Positions 19,341-30,903 of a stretch of 64,000 nucleotides of DNA are shown here, piece after piece. A program made the translations under genes and the position numbers. The notes under the pieces are model-generated. The model made no database searches and was not told the DNA's origin. It worked only from the letters and a program-made list of their open reading frames with translations. Source of the DNA: Acidobacteriota bacterium. GTDB lineage: Bacteria; Acidobacteriota; UBA6911; RPQK01; JACQSY01. The DNA is taken from contig JACQSY010000005.1 in NCBI GenBank assembly GCA_016211085.1, positions 2,599 through 66,598 on the forward strand. Direction: 5' to 3'. How positions within the stretch are numbered: the first letter of the stretch is position 1; each line of letters opens with the position of its first letter.

Positions 19341-19739
19341 TTAATAAACCTCGCACAAAATTTCGCCCCCCACCCCGAGTTGCCGCGCCTTTTTATCGCT
19401 GATCACTCCTTTGGAGGTGGAGAGAATGGCGGTGCCAATTCCCGAGAGCACGACCGGGATCTCGTCCTTGCCAGCGTAAATGCGCCGGCCCGGCTTGCTA
19501 ACTCTCGCCACATGCTGGATGAGTGGTTCGCGACCTGGTCCGTACTTGAGCAGGACCGTCAAGACAGAAAACGGTTCTTTCTTTTCCGTCTTAAAACTAG
19601 CGATATACCCTTCCTCCTGCAAGATTCTGAGGATCTGCTCTTTGAGTCTCGAATAGGCAACTTGTACAGCCTCACGACGCGCCAATTGGGCATTTCGAAT
19701 TCGCGTAAGCAGGTCCGCTATTGGATCATTCATTGACAT
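19341..19739 (-). CDS. rpsH: 30S ribosomal protein S8
   Basis: MSMNDPIADLLTRIRNAQLARRE. Confidence 0.96.
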   Translation of the reverse strand: MSMNDPIADLLTRIRNAQLARREAVQVAYSRLKEQILRILQEEGYIASFKTEKKEPFSVLTVLLKYGPGREPLIQHVARVSKPGRRIYAGKDEIPVVLSGIGTAILSTSKGVISDKKARQLGVGGEILCEVY

Positions 19740-19781
19740 GACTTGTTCCCGTTTCCTTCCAAGCCGGCTTTACGCTCCAAC

Positions 19782-19967
19782 TCACCAACTGGCTTTAATC
19801 ACTCCCGGGACTTCGCCTTGAAGCGACAGTTGGCGAAAACAAATCCGGCAGAGCTCGAATTTTCGCAGATAACCGCGCGGCCTCCCACAGCGTCTGCAGC
19901 GACTGTACTTCCGTGTTGAAAACTTGGGGGTGCGCTGTTGTTTTACGATTAACGATTTTTTTGCCAT
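19782..19967 (-). CDS. rpsN: 30S ribosomal protein S14, short zinc-binding (type Z) form
   Basis: 61 aa. [23 protein letters not shown] with CxxC..CxxC. Confidence 0.95.
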   Translation of the reverse strand: MAKKSLIVKQQRTPKFSTRKYSRCRRCGRPRGYLRKFELCRICFRQLSLQGEVPGVIKASW

Positions 19968-19982
19968 TTCTTACCTATTTCC

Positions 19983-20576
19983 TCAGGCGGTGGCCTGCGC
20001 AGCCGCAACACGGCGCTCTTCCCTTTTCACAAAAGGCATCCCTAGCTCTGCGAGCAGGTAGCGGGTCTCTTCATCCGTTTTGGCGGTGGTAACGATGCTG
20101 ACGTTCATCCCGTGGATACGTTCAGTTTTTCCAATATCGATTTCGGGAAAGATGAGCTGGTCTTTGAGGCCAATGGTGTAATTGCCCCGGCCATCGAAAG
20201 CACGAGGCGAGACCCCGCGAAAATCTCGGACCCGGGGAAGCGCCAGGTTTAACAAACGGTCCAGGAACTCATACATCCGGTCTCCGCGCAGCGTAACCAT
20301 GGCCCCAATCGGCATTCCTTTGCGCAGCTTAAAGGCGGCAATGGCTTTCTTGGCCCGGGTAATGATCGGCTTTTGGCCGGTGATTGCAGCCAATTCATCG
20401 GCGGCGGCATCCAAAAGCTTGGCATTTTGGATGGCTTCGCCGAGTCCAATGTTGATCACCACTTTTTCGACTCGAGGAACCGCCATGATGTTTTTGTACT
20501 TGAACTGCCTCATCATGCTCGGTACGACTTCTTTTTTATATTTTTCCTTAAGCCTGGGTACCACTTGCGTCCTCAC
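19983..20576 (-). CDS. rplE: 50S ribosomal protein L5
   Basis: [45 protein letters not shown] 20576 overlaps the rplX stop (GTGA), and GTG 20564 is an alternative. The longer track ORF is read-through. Confidence 0.92.
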   Translation of the reverse strand: MRTQVVPRLKEKYKKEVVPSMMRQFKYKNIMAVPRVEKVVINIGLGEAIQNAKLLDAAADELAAITGQKPIITRAKKAIAAFKLRKGMPIGAMVTLRGDRMYEFLDRLLNLALPRVRDFRGVSPRAFDGRGNYTIGLKDQLIFPEIDIGKTERIHGMNVSIVTTAKTDEETRYLLAELGMPFVKREERRVAAAQATA

Positions 20577-20893
20577 TTGTCGATCGTGCCACCGCACTTC
20601 TTGCACGTACGAACTTTCTTTCCGTCCGAGAGGATCTGAAATCCCACGCGGGCAGGTTTGCCACATTCCCGGCAGATCACCTGGAGATTGGAGAGAGGGA
20701 TGGGGGCCTCCCGTTCCACCACGCCGCCTTTAATATTGCGCTGGGGATTGGCGCGCGTGTGCCGACGCAAGAAATTAATATTCTCCACCACGGCGCGTCC
20801 CTTGTCGGGAAAAACGCGCAAGACCTTCCCCGTCTTGCCGCGGTCTCTGCCGGCACGAATGACTACCTGATCGTCTTTCTTTATATGCAACAT
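20573..20893 (-). CDS. rplX: 50S ribosomal protein L24 (four-Cys form)
   Basis: [30 protein letters not shown]-terminus CRECGK...CKKCGG. Confidence 0.95.
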   Translation of the reverse strand: MLHIKKDDQVVIRAGRDRGKTGKVLRVFPDKGRAVVENINFLRRHTRANPQRNIKGGVVEREAPIPLSNLQVICRECGKPARVGFQILSDGKKVRTCKKCGGTIDK

Positions 20894-20901
20894 ACCTGGC
20901 T

Positions 20902-21270
20902 TTATAGAACCTCCGGAGCCAGAGAAACAATCTTCATAAACTGTTTTTCGCGAAGCTCCCGGGCCACCGGCCCGAAAACACGGGTTCCGATCGGTTCATT
21001 TTGGTTGTTGATGAGGACCGCAGCATTTTCGTCAAAGCGGATGTAGGAGCCGTCGCGGCGACGGGTCTCCTTGCACATGCGTACCACCACGGCTTTGACG
21101 ACCTCCCCTTTTTTAACCGTTCCGTCGGGAGACGCCTCTTTTACGGATGCGGTAATCACGTCACCCAGACCCGCTCCTTTGCCCGTGTCGCCGCCGATTG
21201 GTAAAATGCAAGCTATTTTCCGCGCCCCGGAATTATCTGCCACGTTGAGAATGGTCCGCATCTGGATCAT
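20902..21270 (-). CDS. rplN: 50S ribosomal protein L14
   Basis: [22 protein letters not shown]. Confidence 0.97.
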   Translation of the reverse strand: MIQMRTILNVADNSGARKIACILPIGGDTGKGAGLGDVITASVKEASPDGTVKKGEVVKAVVVRMCKETRRRDGSYIRFDENAAVLINNQNEPIGTRVFGPVARELREKQFMKIVSLAPEVL

Positions 21271-21275
21271 GACGT

Positions 21276-21542
21276 TTATTCTTGCGCTCTTTCCAAGATT
21301 TCCTTGACAATCCAGCGTTTGCGCTTGCTGAGCGGCCGCGTTTCTTCGATCAGCACCTTGTCACCCACCTTGCAGCTGTTTTGCTCATCATGGGCCATAA
21401 ACTTGCTGGTGCGCCGTACTGTCTTTCCGTACATGGGATGGCGGACCAGCCGGTCGACCGCGACCACGATTGATTTTTGCATGGCGTTGGAAACGACATG
21501 TCCCACTTTGGTATTTCTTTTCTTCTGAGTTTCTGCCTGCAT
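21276..21542 (-). CDS. rpsQ: 30S ribosomal protein S17
   Basis: [41 protein letters not shown]. Confidence 0.95.
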   Translation of the reverse strand: MQAETQKKRNTKVGHVVSNAMQKSIVVAVDRLVRHPMYGKTVRRTSKFMAHDEQNSCKVGDKVLIEETRPLSKRKRWIVKEILERAQE

Positions 21543-21564
21543 TGGTGGTAACGCCGACGCGCCG

Positions 21565-21771
21565 TTACTCGGCTGCAGCCGCCCTCGCCTTTTGTGTCAA
21601 AATGGTTTTTACGCGAGCGAGCTCTTTGCGAACTCCTCGAATCTTGTGCGGACCTTCCAGCTGTCCGGTCGACTTTTGAAAGCGAAGCCGGAAGAGCTGT
21701 TCCGAAAGCTTGCGCGCCTCCTCTTCCAGTTCCGCCGTGCTCATATCACGAAGCTTCACTACCGCTTTCAT
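21565..21771 (-). CDS. rpmC: 50S ribosomal protein L29
   Basis: [26 protein letters not shown]. Confidence 0.93.
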   Translation of the reverse strand: MKAVVKLRDMSTAELEEEARKLSEQLFRLRFQKSTGQLEGPHKIRGVRKELARVKTILTQKARAAAAE

Positions 21772-22181
21772 ACTTCCATCCGTGTTACAAACTTGGTCTT
21801 AATGGGCAGTTTATGCGAAGCCAGCCGCATGGCTTCACGGGCGATGTCTGCAGGCAGCCCCTCCATCTCATAGAGGATGCGTCCGGGACGAATCACCGCG
21901 ACCCACCCTTCAGGAGCGCCTTTGCCTTTGCCCATACGGGTTTCGGCAGGTTTTTTGGTCACCGGCTTGTCCGGAAAGATACGAATCCAAATCTTGCCGC
22001 CCCGCTTCACGTAGCGAGTCATTGCAATGCGCGCCGCTTCAATCTGCCGGTCCGTGATCCAGCCAGGTTCCAGCGCCTTGATCCCGAACTCTCCAAAGGC
22101 CACCTTATTGCCTTTGGTGGCGTTGCCTTTCATGCGGCCGCGCTGTTGTTTTCTATATTTCACCTTTTTCGGCATCAACAT
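21768..22181 (-). CDS. rplP: 50S ribosomal protein L16
   Basis: [33 protein letters not shown]. Confidence 0.97.
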   Translation of the reverse strand: MLMPKKVKYRKQQRGRMKGNATKGNKVAFGEFGIKALEPGWITDRQIEAARIAMTRYVKRGGKIWIRIFPDKPVTKKPAETRMGKGKGAPEGWVAVIRPGRILYEMEGLPADIAREAMRLASHKLPIKTKFVTRMEV

Positions 22182-22193
22182 AACGGAAACTCC

Positions 22194-22844
22194 CTAACGC
22201 TTTTGCTGAGGCGCTTCAGGCTCGTAAATATCCCCTTTATAGATCCACACCTTTACTCCGATGGCTCCATAGGTCGTAAACGCCTCCGCAAACCCGTAGT
22301 CGATATCGGCTCGCAGGGTGTGTAGTGGAAGCCGCCCGTAGAGATACCATTCGGCGCGAGCAATTTCAGCTCCGTTCAAGCGTCCAGCGCAGCGTACGCG
22401 AATACCTTGTGCTCCGAAACGCAGGCTGGTATCCACAGCCCGGCGCATGGCCCGCCGGAAAGCTACACGTTTCACCAGTTGCTGGGAGATCGATTCCGCC
22501 ACCAACTGCGCATCCAGTTCCGGCTTGTGAACCTCCTGGATATTGATGAACACTTCACGTCCCGTGGCAGCCTGCAGATCGTTTCTTAATTTATCGATCT
22601 CACTTCCTTTGCGACCGATGATGATACCCGGACGGGAAGTGTGAATGATGATGGTCAGCTTGTTGGCTGCTCGCTCGATCTCGATATGGGAAATGCCGGC
22701 GTGTGAAAAGCGCGTCTTCAGGCTTTTTTTGATTTCGAGATCTTCATGGAGCAGCTTGCCGTATTCTTTCTTTGCAAACCACCGCGACTTCCAGGTTCGG
22801 TTGTAACCCAGCCGGAACCCATAAGGATGAACTTTCTGACCCAA
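22194..22844 (-). CDS. rpsC: 30S ribosomal protein S3
   Basis: [24 protein letters not shown]. Confidence 0.97.
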   Translation of the reverse strand: MGQKVHPYGFRLGYNRTWKSRWFAKKEYGKLLHEDLEIKKSLKTRFSHAGISHIEIERAANKLTIIIHTSRPGIIIGRKGSEIDKLRNDLQAATGREVFINIQEVHKPELDAQLVAESISQQLVKRVAFRRAMRRAVDTSLRFGAQGIRVRCAGRLNGAEIARAEWYLYGRLPLHTLRADIDYGFAEAFTTYGAIGVKVWIYKGDIYEPEAPQQKR

Positions 22845-22846
22845 GA

Positions 22847-23203
22847 TTACTCCTCCTGTCCCTTTCCGTCAGAGACGTGGATTGTGATATGGCTCTGCCT
22901 GCGCATTTGACGGTACGCGCGTCCCATCGGCGCGGGACGAATCCGCCTGCGCCACTTGGTCGGCCCGAGATCGATGTAAGCTTCCTTTACAAACAAATCC
23001 TCAACGTTGATCGTGGGAGACTTTTGTTCCGCGTTGGCTATCGCTGAACGCAAAACTTTTTCAATAGGCCGGGCGGAGCGCTTCCGGGAGAGTCTCAAAA
23101 TGCTCAGTGCCTCTTCGACCTTTTTCCCACGGATCAAGTCGATCACCAAGCGGCCTTTTTGGGGAGATCCCTTCACGTATTTTGCAATAGCCCTGGCTTC
23201 CAC
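22847..23203 (-). CDS. rplV: 50S ribosomal protein L22
   Basis: [29 protein letters not shown]. Confidence 0.95.
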   Translation of the reverse strand: MEARAIAKYVKGSPQKGRLVIDLIRGKKVEEALSILRLSRKRSARPIEKVLRSAIANAEQKSPTINVEDLFVKEAYIDLGPTKWRRRIRPAPMGRAYRQMRRQSHITIHVSDGKGQEE

Positions 23204-23218
23204 TGTTTATCTCACCCT

Positions 23219-23515
23219 TTAAGCCTTCCCGGCGACAACAGATGCGGCTTTTTCCGATTTGGTGCTGTGGCCGCGGAAATTGCGCGTGGGAGAGAACTCC
23301 CCCAGTTTATGACCGACCATATTTTCCGTGATATAGATCGGAATAAATTTCTTACCATTGTGGACGGCTACTGTTTGTCCCACCATTTCAGGGATGATGG
23401 TGGACCGGCGCGACCAGGTTTTGATGACGCTCTTTTCCCCCGTTTCGCTGAGTCGTTGAATCTTCTTCAACAGATAGCTGTCAACGAATGGTCCCTTTTT
23501 TACTGATCGAGGCAT
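23219..23515 (-). CDS. rpsS: 30S ribosomal protein S19
   Basis: [19 protein letters not shown]...[26 protein letters not shown]. Confidence 0.97.
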   Translation of the reverse strand: MPRSVKKGPFVDSYLLKKIQRLSETGEKSVIKTWSRRSTIIPEMVGQTVAVHNGKKFIPIYITENMVGHKLGEFSPTRNFRGHSTKSEKAASVVAGKA

Positions 23516-23546
23516 CGCTTATTTTCAAACTCCTGTGTTGGCCCGG

Positions 23547-24368
23547 CTATTTTCTACGCCGGACGATGAACTTCTGCGTTCTCTTGTTGTTTCGTGTTTT
23601 GAAACCTTTGGTCTTCCAGCCCCATGGTGAAGTGGGATGACGGCCGCCCGAGGTTTTTCCTTCGCCTCCACCCATAGGATGATCGACGGGGTTCATGGCG
23701 ACTCCGCGCACCTTGGGACGCCGTCCCAGCCAACGGGTTCGACCTGCCTTACCGATCGAAATATTTTCATGATCAAGGTTCCCAATTTGTCCAATGGTAG
23801 CACGGCAAAGGATGTGCACCCGCCGCACTTCTCCGGAGGGAAGCTTCACTTGCGCGTAGTCCCCTTCTTTAGCCACCAGCTGGGCAGCGGCACCGGCGCT
23901 TCGTGCCAACTGGCCTCCTCTGCCCTGGGACAGCTCGATATTGTGAATCACGGTTCCCAGCGGAATGTTCAACAACGGCAGGTTGTTTCCCGGCAGGATG
24001 TCGGCCTGGGCTCCGGAAACCACCATGTCGCCGGCTTTCAGCCCCAGGGGAGCCAGAATGTAGCGTTTTTCACCGTCTGCGTAATGGAGGCGGGCAATGC
24101 GCGCGCTGCGATTGGGATCGTATTCAATAGCCGCCACCTTTGATGGGATTGCTTCCTTGTCGCGCCGGAAATCAATAAGGCGATAGCGGCGTTTGTGTCC
24201 GCCGCCTCGCCTGCGGACGGAAATCATCCCCCGGCCATCGCGGCCGCTGATCCGCTTCTTTCCCTTGACCAATCCCTTTAACGGCTTGATGTCGTCGACT
24301 TCGTCTCGGGTCTGAACCGTCTGAAAGCGGATTCCAGAAGATGTGGGTTTGTATATCTTGATTGCCAT
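23547..24368 (-). CDS. rplB: 50S ribosomal protein L2
   Basis: [16 protein letters not shown]...[26 protein letters not shown]. Confidence 0.97.
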   Translation of the reverse strand: MAIKIYKPTSSGIRFQTVQTRDEVDDIKPLKGLVKGKKRISGRDGRGMISVRRRGGGHKRRYRLIDFRRDKEAIPSKVAAIEYDPNRSARIARLHYADGEKRYILAPLGLKAGDMVVSGAQADILPGNNLPLLNIPLGTVIHNIELSQGRGGQLARSAGAAAQLVAKEGDYAQVKLPSGEVRRVHILCRATIGQIGNLDHENISIGKAGRTRWLGRRPKVRGVAMNPVDHPMGGGEGKTSGGRHPTSPWGWKTKGFKTRNNKRTQKFIVRRRK

Positions 24369-24370
24369 CT

Positions 24371-24673
24371 TTATAGATTCTCAAAAAACTCAATCGGTTT
24401 TTGGCCAGGCTTTAAAGTCACATAAGCTTTTTTCCAGTCTGGACGCACGCCGCGAAAGCGGCCGTGCCGTTTTATTTTTCCCTGGAAGTTTGCGGTGCGA
24501 ACCTTGTCCACTTTGACCTCAAAAATCTTCTCGACCGCTTCCTTGATCTGTTGTTTGGTGACCTCTTTTCGCACCTGGAACGTCAGGGTACGACCCTCTC
24601 TGGCTTCCTTCAGCCGAGTGCCCTTCTCCGTGATGAAGGGATAACTCAAAATCTCAAAATAATTGGCGCTCAT
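24371..24673 (-). CDS. rplW: 50S ribosomal protein L23
   Basis: [13 protein letters not shown]...[15 protein letters not shown]. Confidence 0.94.
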   Translation of the reverse strand: MSANYFEILSYPFITEKGTRLKEAREGRTLTFQVRKEVTKQQIKEAVEKIFEVKVDKVRTANFQGKIKRHGRFRGVRPDWKKAYVTLKPGQKPIEFFENL

Positions 24674-25296
24674 CGCTGCAGCATCTCCTGGAGTTGAAGA
24701 ACAGCATTCTTACTGATGAGAAGCCGTTCGTAATTCAACAAATCAACCACGTTAACTCCGTCTGCAGGGACCATTTTCACCTGAGAGAGATTACGCGAAC
24801 TCAGATAAAGGTTCTTGTTCTGTCGGGAATCAATGATCAGCACTTTCTTGTCCAGCTCCAGACCCTTGAGGACGTCAACAAATTCCCGGGTGCGGTAGCT
24901 GGCCAGATCAAGAGCATCCACCACTACCATCTGCCGGCGATTCAGCTTGTCCGTCAGAACCACCTTCATGGCTCCACGCCGTTTCTTCTTGGGAAAAGCA
25001 ATCGAATAATCGCGCGGCTGAGGACCGAAAACGGTTCCCCCTTTCCGCCACAGTGGGCTTCGCAGACTGCCCATTCGGGCTCGGCCGGTTCCTTTCTGCC
25101 TCCACAGCTTCTTACCGCTTCCACTGACCGCAGCACGGTTTTTCGTGGCGTGGGTTCCTTTGCGCTGGGAAGCGCGGAGCGCGTTGACTGCTTCCCACAC
25201 CAGGGTCTCACTGGCACTGTACGCGAAGACGTCATCCGATAAGCTCAGTCGATCTACAACCTGATTTTTTAGGTTCCTTACTTCAACTTCCGGCAT
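24670..25296 (-). CDS. rplD: 50S ribosomal protein L4
   Basis: SQRKGTHATKNRAAVSGSGKKLWRQKGTGRARMGSLRSPLWRKGG. Confidence 0.96.
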   Translation of the reverse strand: MPEVEVRNLKNQVVDRLSLSDDVFAYSASETLVWEAVNALRASQRKGTHATKNRAAVSGSGKKLWRQKGTGRARMGSLRSPLWRKGGTVFGPQPRDYSIAFPKKKRRGAMKVVLTDKLNRRQMVVVDALDLASYRTREFVDVLKGLELDKKVLIIDSRQNKNLYLSSRNLSQVKMVPADGVNVVDLLNYERLLISKNAVLQLQEMLQR

Positions 25297-25345
25297 AGCT
25301 TTTGAGCACCTGTCGCAGCCGCAGGGTCGCTCCTGATTCTTGAAC

Positions 25346-25978
25346 TTAGCTCCCCGCTCGCATCACCCGTACATAGCTGCCGCGGCTTCCCGGCACGGAG
25401 CCTTTTACCAGCAGCAGATTGTTCTCCTCGTCTACCTGCACCACCAACAGCTTACGAATCTTGACCCGGTTGTTTCCCATCCGTCCAGCGGCTCTCATGC
25501 CCGGGAGCACCCGGCTAGGGTAAGCACTCGCTCCGATGGAACCTGGAGCACGGTGAAACATCGAACCGTGAGTGGCAGCACCCCCGCGAAAGCCATGGCG
25601 TTTGATCACACCCTGAAATCCTTTACCAATGACCTTTCCCTGGACATGGACGTAGTCGTTGGGACTGAACACAGTGTTTACAAGTATCTGGTCTCCTGCC
25701 TTAGGTGCTTCTTCTCCCACCAGCTTGAACTCGGCAAGCATGCGCGTTGGAGGAAGACCGGCTTTCTTGAAATGGCCTTGCAAGGGCTTGCTCACCCGAG
25801 GCGTTTTGCGCGGCTCGACTAATCCTAATTGCACTGAGTCATAGCCGTCCTTTTCACGGGTCTTTCTCTGCACGACCACACAGGGGCCGACCTGAATCAC
25901 CGTCACCGGTACGGAGTTTCCTTCCTCGTTGAAGACTTGGGTCATACCCAGTTTCTTGCCGATCAATCCGTTCACCAT
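25346..25978 (-). CDS. rplC: 50S ribosomal protein L3
   Basis: [29 protein letters not shown]. Confidence 0.97.
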   Translation of the reverse strand: MVNGLIGKKLGMTQVFNEEGNSVPVTVIQVGPCVVVQRKTREKDGYDSVQLGLVEPRKTPRVSKPLQGHFKKAGLPPTRMLAEFKLVGEEAPKAGDQILVNTVFSPNDYVHVQGKVIGKGFQGVIKRHGFRGGAATHGSMFHRAPGSIGASAYPSRVLPGMRAAGRMGNNRVKIRKLLVVQVDEENNLLLVKGSVPGSRGSYVRVMRAGS

Positions 25979-25980
25979 CT

Positions 25981-26307
25981 TTATTCTTTCTCTGCTCCGA
26001 AGGCTTTGATCTCCACATCGATGGCTGCCGGCAGGTCGAGCTTCATCAAGGCATCCACTGTTTGGGGCGTTGGCTCGAGAATATCCACCAGCCGCTTATG
26101 GGTACGAATTTCGAACTGCTCACGCGACTTCTTGTCCACGTGGGGCGAGCGCAGCACCGTATACCGGTTGATTTTGGTAGGCAGCGGAATGGGGCCGGAA
26201 ACTCGAGCCCCGGTTCGTTTAGCGATTTCCACGATCTCGGCAGTGGACTGATCCAGCACCCGGTGATCGTAAGCTTTTAATCGAATTCGGATTTTTTCGT
26301 TGATCAT
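25981..26307 (-). CDS. rpsJ: 30S ribosomal protein S10
   Basis: [39 protein letters not shown]. Confidence 0.97.
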   Translation of the reverse strand: MINEKIRIRLKAYDHRVLDQSTAEIVEIAKRTGARVSGPIPLPTKINRYTVLRSPHVDKKSREQFEIRTHKRLVDILEPTPQTVDALMKLDLPAAIDVEIKAFGAEKE

Positions 26308-26310
26308 TGC

Positions 26311-27498
<1,188 letters not shown>

Positions 27499-27556
27499 AC
27501 CTTGTCTCCGTTAACTCGAAGAGCTCTGGATGCGTGCTCTTCTGAGAGAAAAAATC

Positions 27557-29650
27557 CTACCGCCCAACCAGTTTCCCTTTCACTTTGGCGATCAATTCTT
27601 CTGCAATCTGGTGGGGTACCCTTTCGTATCTTTCAAAGTGCATGGAGTAGGTGGCGCGGCCCTGACTAAGAGAACGCAGCGTAGTTGCGTACCCGAACAT
27701 TTCCGAAAGTGGCACATGGGCCAAAATTACCTGACTGCCGCCACGCGGCTCGATGTGCGCGATTTTTCCCCTTCGACTGTTGAGGTCGCCGATCACATCG
27801 CCCATATACTCCTGGGGGACGACCACTTCTACTTTCATGAACGGCTCCAGCAATATGGGAGAAGCCTTGCGGGCTGCTTCCTTCAAGGCCATGGATCCTG
27901 CAATCTTGAAGGCCATTTCCGATGAATCGACTTCATGGTAGGACCCGTCATAGAGGGTCACCTTAACGTCTTCCATTTCGAATCCGGCCACGATCCCGCT
28001 TTCCAAGGCCTCTCTTATTCCCTTCTCCACAGCGGGTATAAACTCGCGAGGAATCACGCCACCGACAATGGCATTTTCAAAAACGAACCCACTGCCGGCT
28101 CCGAGCGGTGCGACTCGAATCTTCGCATGCCCATACTGGCCGTGACCGCCGGTCTGGCGCACATAGCGTCCTTCCCCTTCTGCCGAAGCAGTAATGGTCT
28201 CCTTGTATGCAACCTGGGGCTTACCTACGTTGGCTCCCACATCAAACTCTCGCAGCAGTCGATCCACAATGATCTCCAGGTGCAACTCGCCCATTCCCGA
28301 GATGATGGTTTGACCTGTATCCGGATCGGTGAGAACTTTGAAGGTCGGGTCCTCCTGCATCAGTTTGTGCAGCGAGATACCGAGTTTTTCCTGATCGGCT
28401 TTGGTCTTGGGTTCGATGGCAACCGAAATGACGGGAGCCGGAAAATCCATGGCCTCCAACACGATGGGTTTGGATTTGTCGCAAATGGTATCTCCAGTGG
28501 TCACTTCCTTCAGTCCCACTGCCGCCGCGATGTCACCCGCCAGCACTTCTGTGATTTCCTCGCGCTTGTTGGCATGCATCTTAAGCAGCCTTCCGATGCG
28601 CTCCTGTTTTTGGCGCACCGAGTTGTACACCGAAGAACCGGATTGGAGAGAACCGGAATAGACCCTCAAGAAGGCAAGCTGGCCCACGAAAGGATCGGAC
28701 ATGATCTTGAAAACCAGCGCCGAAAAAGGCTCATCATCGCCGGCACGCCGGGTCATGATTTCCTGGGTCTTGGGATCAATTCCTTTTACAGGGGGGATAT
28801 CAAGGGGGGAAGGAAGGTAATCAACGATGGCATCCAGCAGGGGCTGCACACCCTTGTTCTTGAAGGCGGAGCCGCAGATGCAGGGTACGAAGTGCAGGCT
28901 GATAGTCCCCTTGCGAAGCACGGCCTTCAATTCCTGTTGGGATATTTCCTGACTCTGCAGATACTTTTCCAGTAGTTCGTCTTCGGTTTCGACGATCAGT
29001 TCGATCATCTTCTCACGCCATTCCTGAGCCTGCTCCTGATACTCGGCGGGAATTTCCGTGACCGTGTACTCCGACCCCAGGGTGTCGGCGCGATAAGTGA
29101 TCGCTTTCATCCGGATCAAGTCGATGACTCCTTCAAATTTGTCCTCACGTCCCAGAGGAATCTGAACGGGCACCGGCTTGGCCTGGAGCTTTTTCCTGAT
29201 CGATTCCATGCTTGCGTAAAAATCTGCACCAGGACGGTCCATCTTGTTGACGAAGACGATACGGGGTACTCCGTACTTGTCTGCCTGCCGCCACACTGTT
29301 TCTGATTGTGGCTCCACACCGGCTACCGCATCCAGCAAGGCAACAGCGCCATCCAATACGCGAAGCGAACGCTCCACTTCAGCCGTAAAGTCGACGTGAC
29401 CGGGTGTATCGATGATGTTGATGCGTGTATCACCCCACGTGCACGTGGTTGCGGCGGAAGTAATAGTGATGCCACGCTCCTGCTCCTGCACCATCCACTC
29501 CATGGTGGCGGTGCCTTCGTGGACCTCGCCAAGCTTGTAAGTGATGCCCGTGTAATACAGGATGCGCTCGGTGGTAGTAGTCTTTCCGGCATCAATGTGC
29601 GCCATGATCCCGATATTGCGGGTTTTCTCAAGAGGCACTTTTCTCGGCAC
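27557..29650 (-). CDS. fusA: elongation factor G
   Basis: [25 protein letters not shown], 697 aa. Confidence 0.99.
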   Translation of the reverse strand: MPRKVPLEKTRNIGIMAHIDAGKTTTTERILYYTGITYKLGEVHEGTATMEWMVQEQERGITITSAATTCTWGDTRINIIDTPGHVDFTAEVERSLRVLDGAVALLDAVAGVEPQSETVWRQADKYGVPRIVFVNKMDRPGADFYASMESIRKKLQAKPVPVQIPLGREDKFEGVIDLIRMKAITYRADTLGSEYTVTEIPAEYQEQAQEWREKMIELIVETEDELLEKYLQSQEISQQELKAVLRKGTISLHFVPCICGSAFKNKGVQPLLDAIVDYLPSPLDIPPVKGIDPKTQEIMTRRAGDDEPFSALVFKIMSDPFVGQLAFLRVYSGSLQSGSSVYNSVRQKQERIGRLLKMHANKREEITEVLAGDIAAAVGLKEVTTGDTICDKSKPIVLEAMDFPAPVISVAIEPKTKADQEKLGISLHKLMQEDPTFKVLTDPDTGQTIISGMGELHLEIIVDRLLREFDVGANVGKPQVAYKETITASAEGEGRYVRQTGGHGQYGHAKIRVAPLGAGSGFVFENAIVGGVIPREFIPAVEKGIREALESGIVAGFEMEDVKVTLYDGSYHEVDSSEMAFKIAGSMALKEAARKASPILLEPFMKVEVVVPQEYMGDVIGDLNSRRGKIAHIEPRGGSQVILAHVPLSEMFGYATTLRSLSQGRATYSMHFERYERVPHQIAEELIAKVKGKLVGR

Positions 29651-29707
29651 TTCTTCTAATCAACTCCTATTCAAACAACAACTTCTATAAAATTTGCTTC
29701 CGTACTC

Positions 29708-30178
29708 TTACCACCGGAAATGAGCAAAGGCCTTGTTGGCCTCAGCCATTCGGTGGACATCTTCTTTTTTCTTAACCGCTGAGCCGCGGTTATGGGAAGC
29801 GTCGATGAGCTCGTTGGCCAGCCGGTCTCTCATCGTCTTTTCGCCCCGCTCACGGGCATAATTGACGATCCAGCGTATTCCCAGTGAGGTTCGCCTATGC
29901 GGATTTACTTCAACCGGAACCTGATAAGTAGATCCTCCCACGCGGCGAGATTTGGTCTCTAGCATGGGTTTCACGTTGTCCAAAGCCTTCTTGAAGATCT
30001 TCATTGGATCTTCGCCGGAACGCTGCTTGATCACATCCAGCGCTTCGTAAAAAGTACGTTCCGCGGAACTCTTTTTCCCCCGCTCCATAATCTGATTGAT
30101 GAACCGGGTAACCAGTTCGCTGTTGTAAACCGGATCCGACATCACAATCCGTTTTGGAATTTCACGCCGCCTGGGCAT
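29708..30178 (-). CDS. rpsG: 30S ribosomal protein S7
   Basis: [28 protein letters not shown]. Confidence 0.97.
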   Translation of the reverse strand: MPRRREIPKRIVMSDPVYNSELVTRFINQIMERGKKSSAERTFYEALDVIKQRSGEDPMKIFKKALDNVKPMLETKSRRVGGSTYQVPVEVNPHRRTSLGIRWIVNYARERGEKTMRDRLANELIDASHNRGSAVKKKEDVHRMAEANKAFAHFRW

Positions 30179-30189
30179 TCGTCACTCCC

Positions 30190-30231
30190 AAAAATAAAAC
30201 AAGCTGCAGAGAACTGAATTCACGTGCAGCT
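30190..30231 (-). promoter_or_regulatory. rpsL-rpsG intercistronic hairpin followed by a U-rich tract
   Basis: Minus strand: AGCUGCA (30231-30225), a 16-nt loop, UGCAGCU (30208-30202), then UGUUUUAUUUUU, then GGGAG and the rpsG AUG. Confidence 0.4.
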
Positions 30232-30248
30232 GTGTTTCTAACCGTTCG

Positions 30249-30623
30249 TTACCCTTTGGGCCTTTTCGCCCCGTATTTCGACCTGCCTTTGTGCCGGTTT
30301 TCCACGCCTACGGTGTCGAGGGTTCCGCGAATGACGTGATAGCGAACACCGGGAAGGTCTTTCACACGGCCTCCGCGGATCAGCACAATTGAATGCTCCT
30401 GCAGGTTGTGCCCAATACCCGGAATGTAGGTTGTAACCTCAATCCCATTGGTCAGGCGCACACGGGCAACTTTTCGCAGTGCGGAATTGGGCTTCTTGGG
30501 GGTCTGGGTATAAACACGGACACAGACTCCGCGTCTTTGAGGCGAACCCTGTAATGCCGGGCTTTTCGTTTTTACCCGAACTTTTTTCCGTCCCTTGCGA
30601 ACAAGTTGGTTGAAAGTAGGCAC
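30249..30623 (-). CDS. rpsL: 30S ribosomal protein S12 (GTG start)
   Basis: (M)[13 protein letters not shown]...[26 protein letters not shown] lies 8 nt upstream of GTG 30623. Confidence 0.97.
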   Translation of the reverse strand: MPTFNQLVRKGRKKVRVKTKSPALQGSPQRRGVCVRVYTQTPKKPNSALRKVARVRLTNGIEVTTYIPGIGHNLQEHSIVLIRGGRVKDLPGVRYHVIRGTLDTVGVENRHKGRSKYGAKRPKG

Positions 30624-30636
30624 TCAATAATCTCCT

Positions 30637-30666
30637 TAAAACAAAAAAATGATGCCGAGGCATCAT
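30637..30666 (-). terminator. intrinsic-terminator-like hairpin in the rpsL leader (possible attenuator)
   Basis: Minus strand: AUGAUGC-CUCG-GCAUCAU (30666-30649) then UUUUUUUGUUUU (30648-30637). It ends about 5 nt before the AAGGAG Shine-Dalgarno of rpsL. Confidence 0.55.
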
Positions 30667-30702
30667 TTTTGCTACATCAGCCTTTCAAATAACGAGCCTC
30701 GA

Positions 30703-30731
30703 ATTTTACTTGACAGCCCCTCTGCTGTCAA
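30703..30731 (-). promoter_or_regulatory. near-consensus sigma70 promoter for the str/S10/spc/alpha super-operon
   Basis: Minus strand: TTGACA (30731-30726), a 17-nt spacer, TAAAAT (30708-30703). An A+T-rich UP-like stretch lies upstream. The -35 sits inside palindrome CTTGACAGC..GCTGTCAAG. Confidence 0.65.
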
Positions 30732-30903
30732 GCTCCCAAAACACTGTATTTTAGCAATTTTTGGGCAGAATTCAAATCGACGCCCCAACCATCAGGACGC
30801 CGTGAAGCGGCCGGGTCGAGCCATTGCTTTCAAACCCCGCCGGAAGGCGGACAAAAATTGCATTGCCATTTTTTTTAGCATACCTCATTTCTTCTCCAGA
30901 CGC

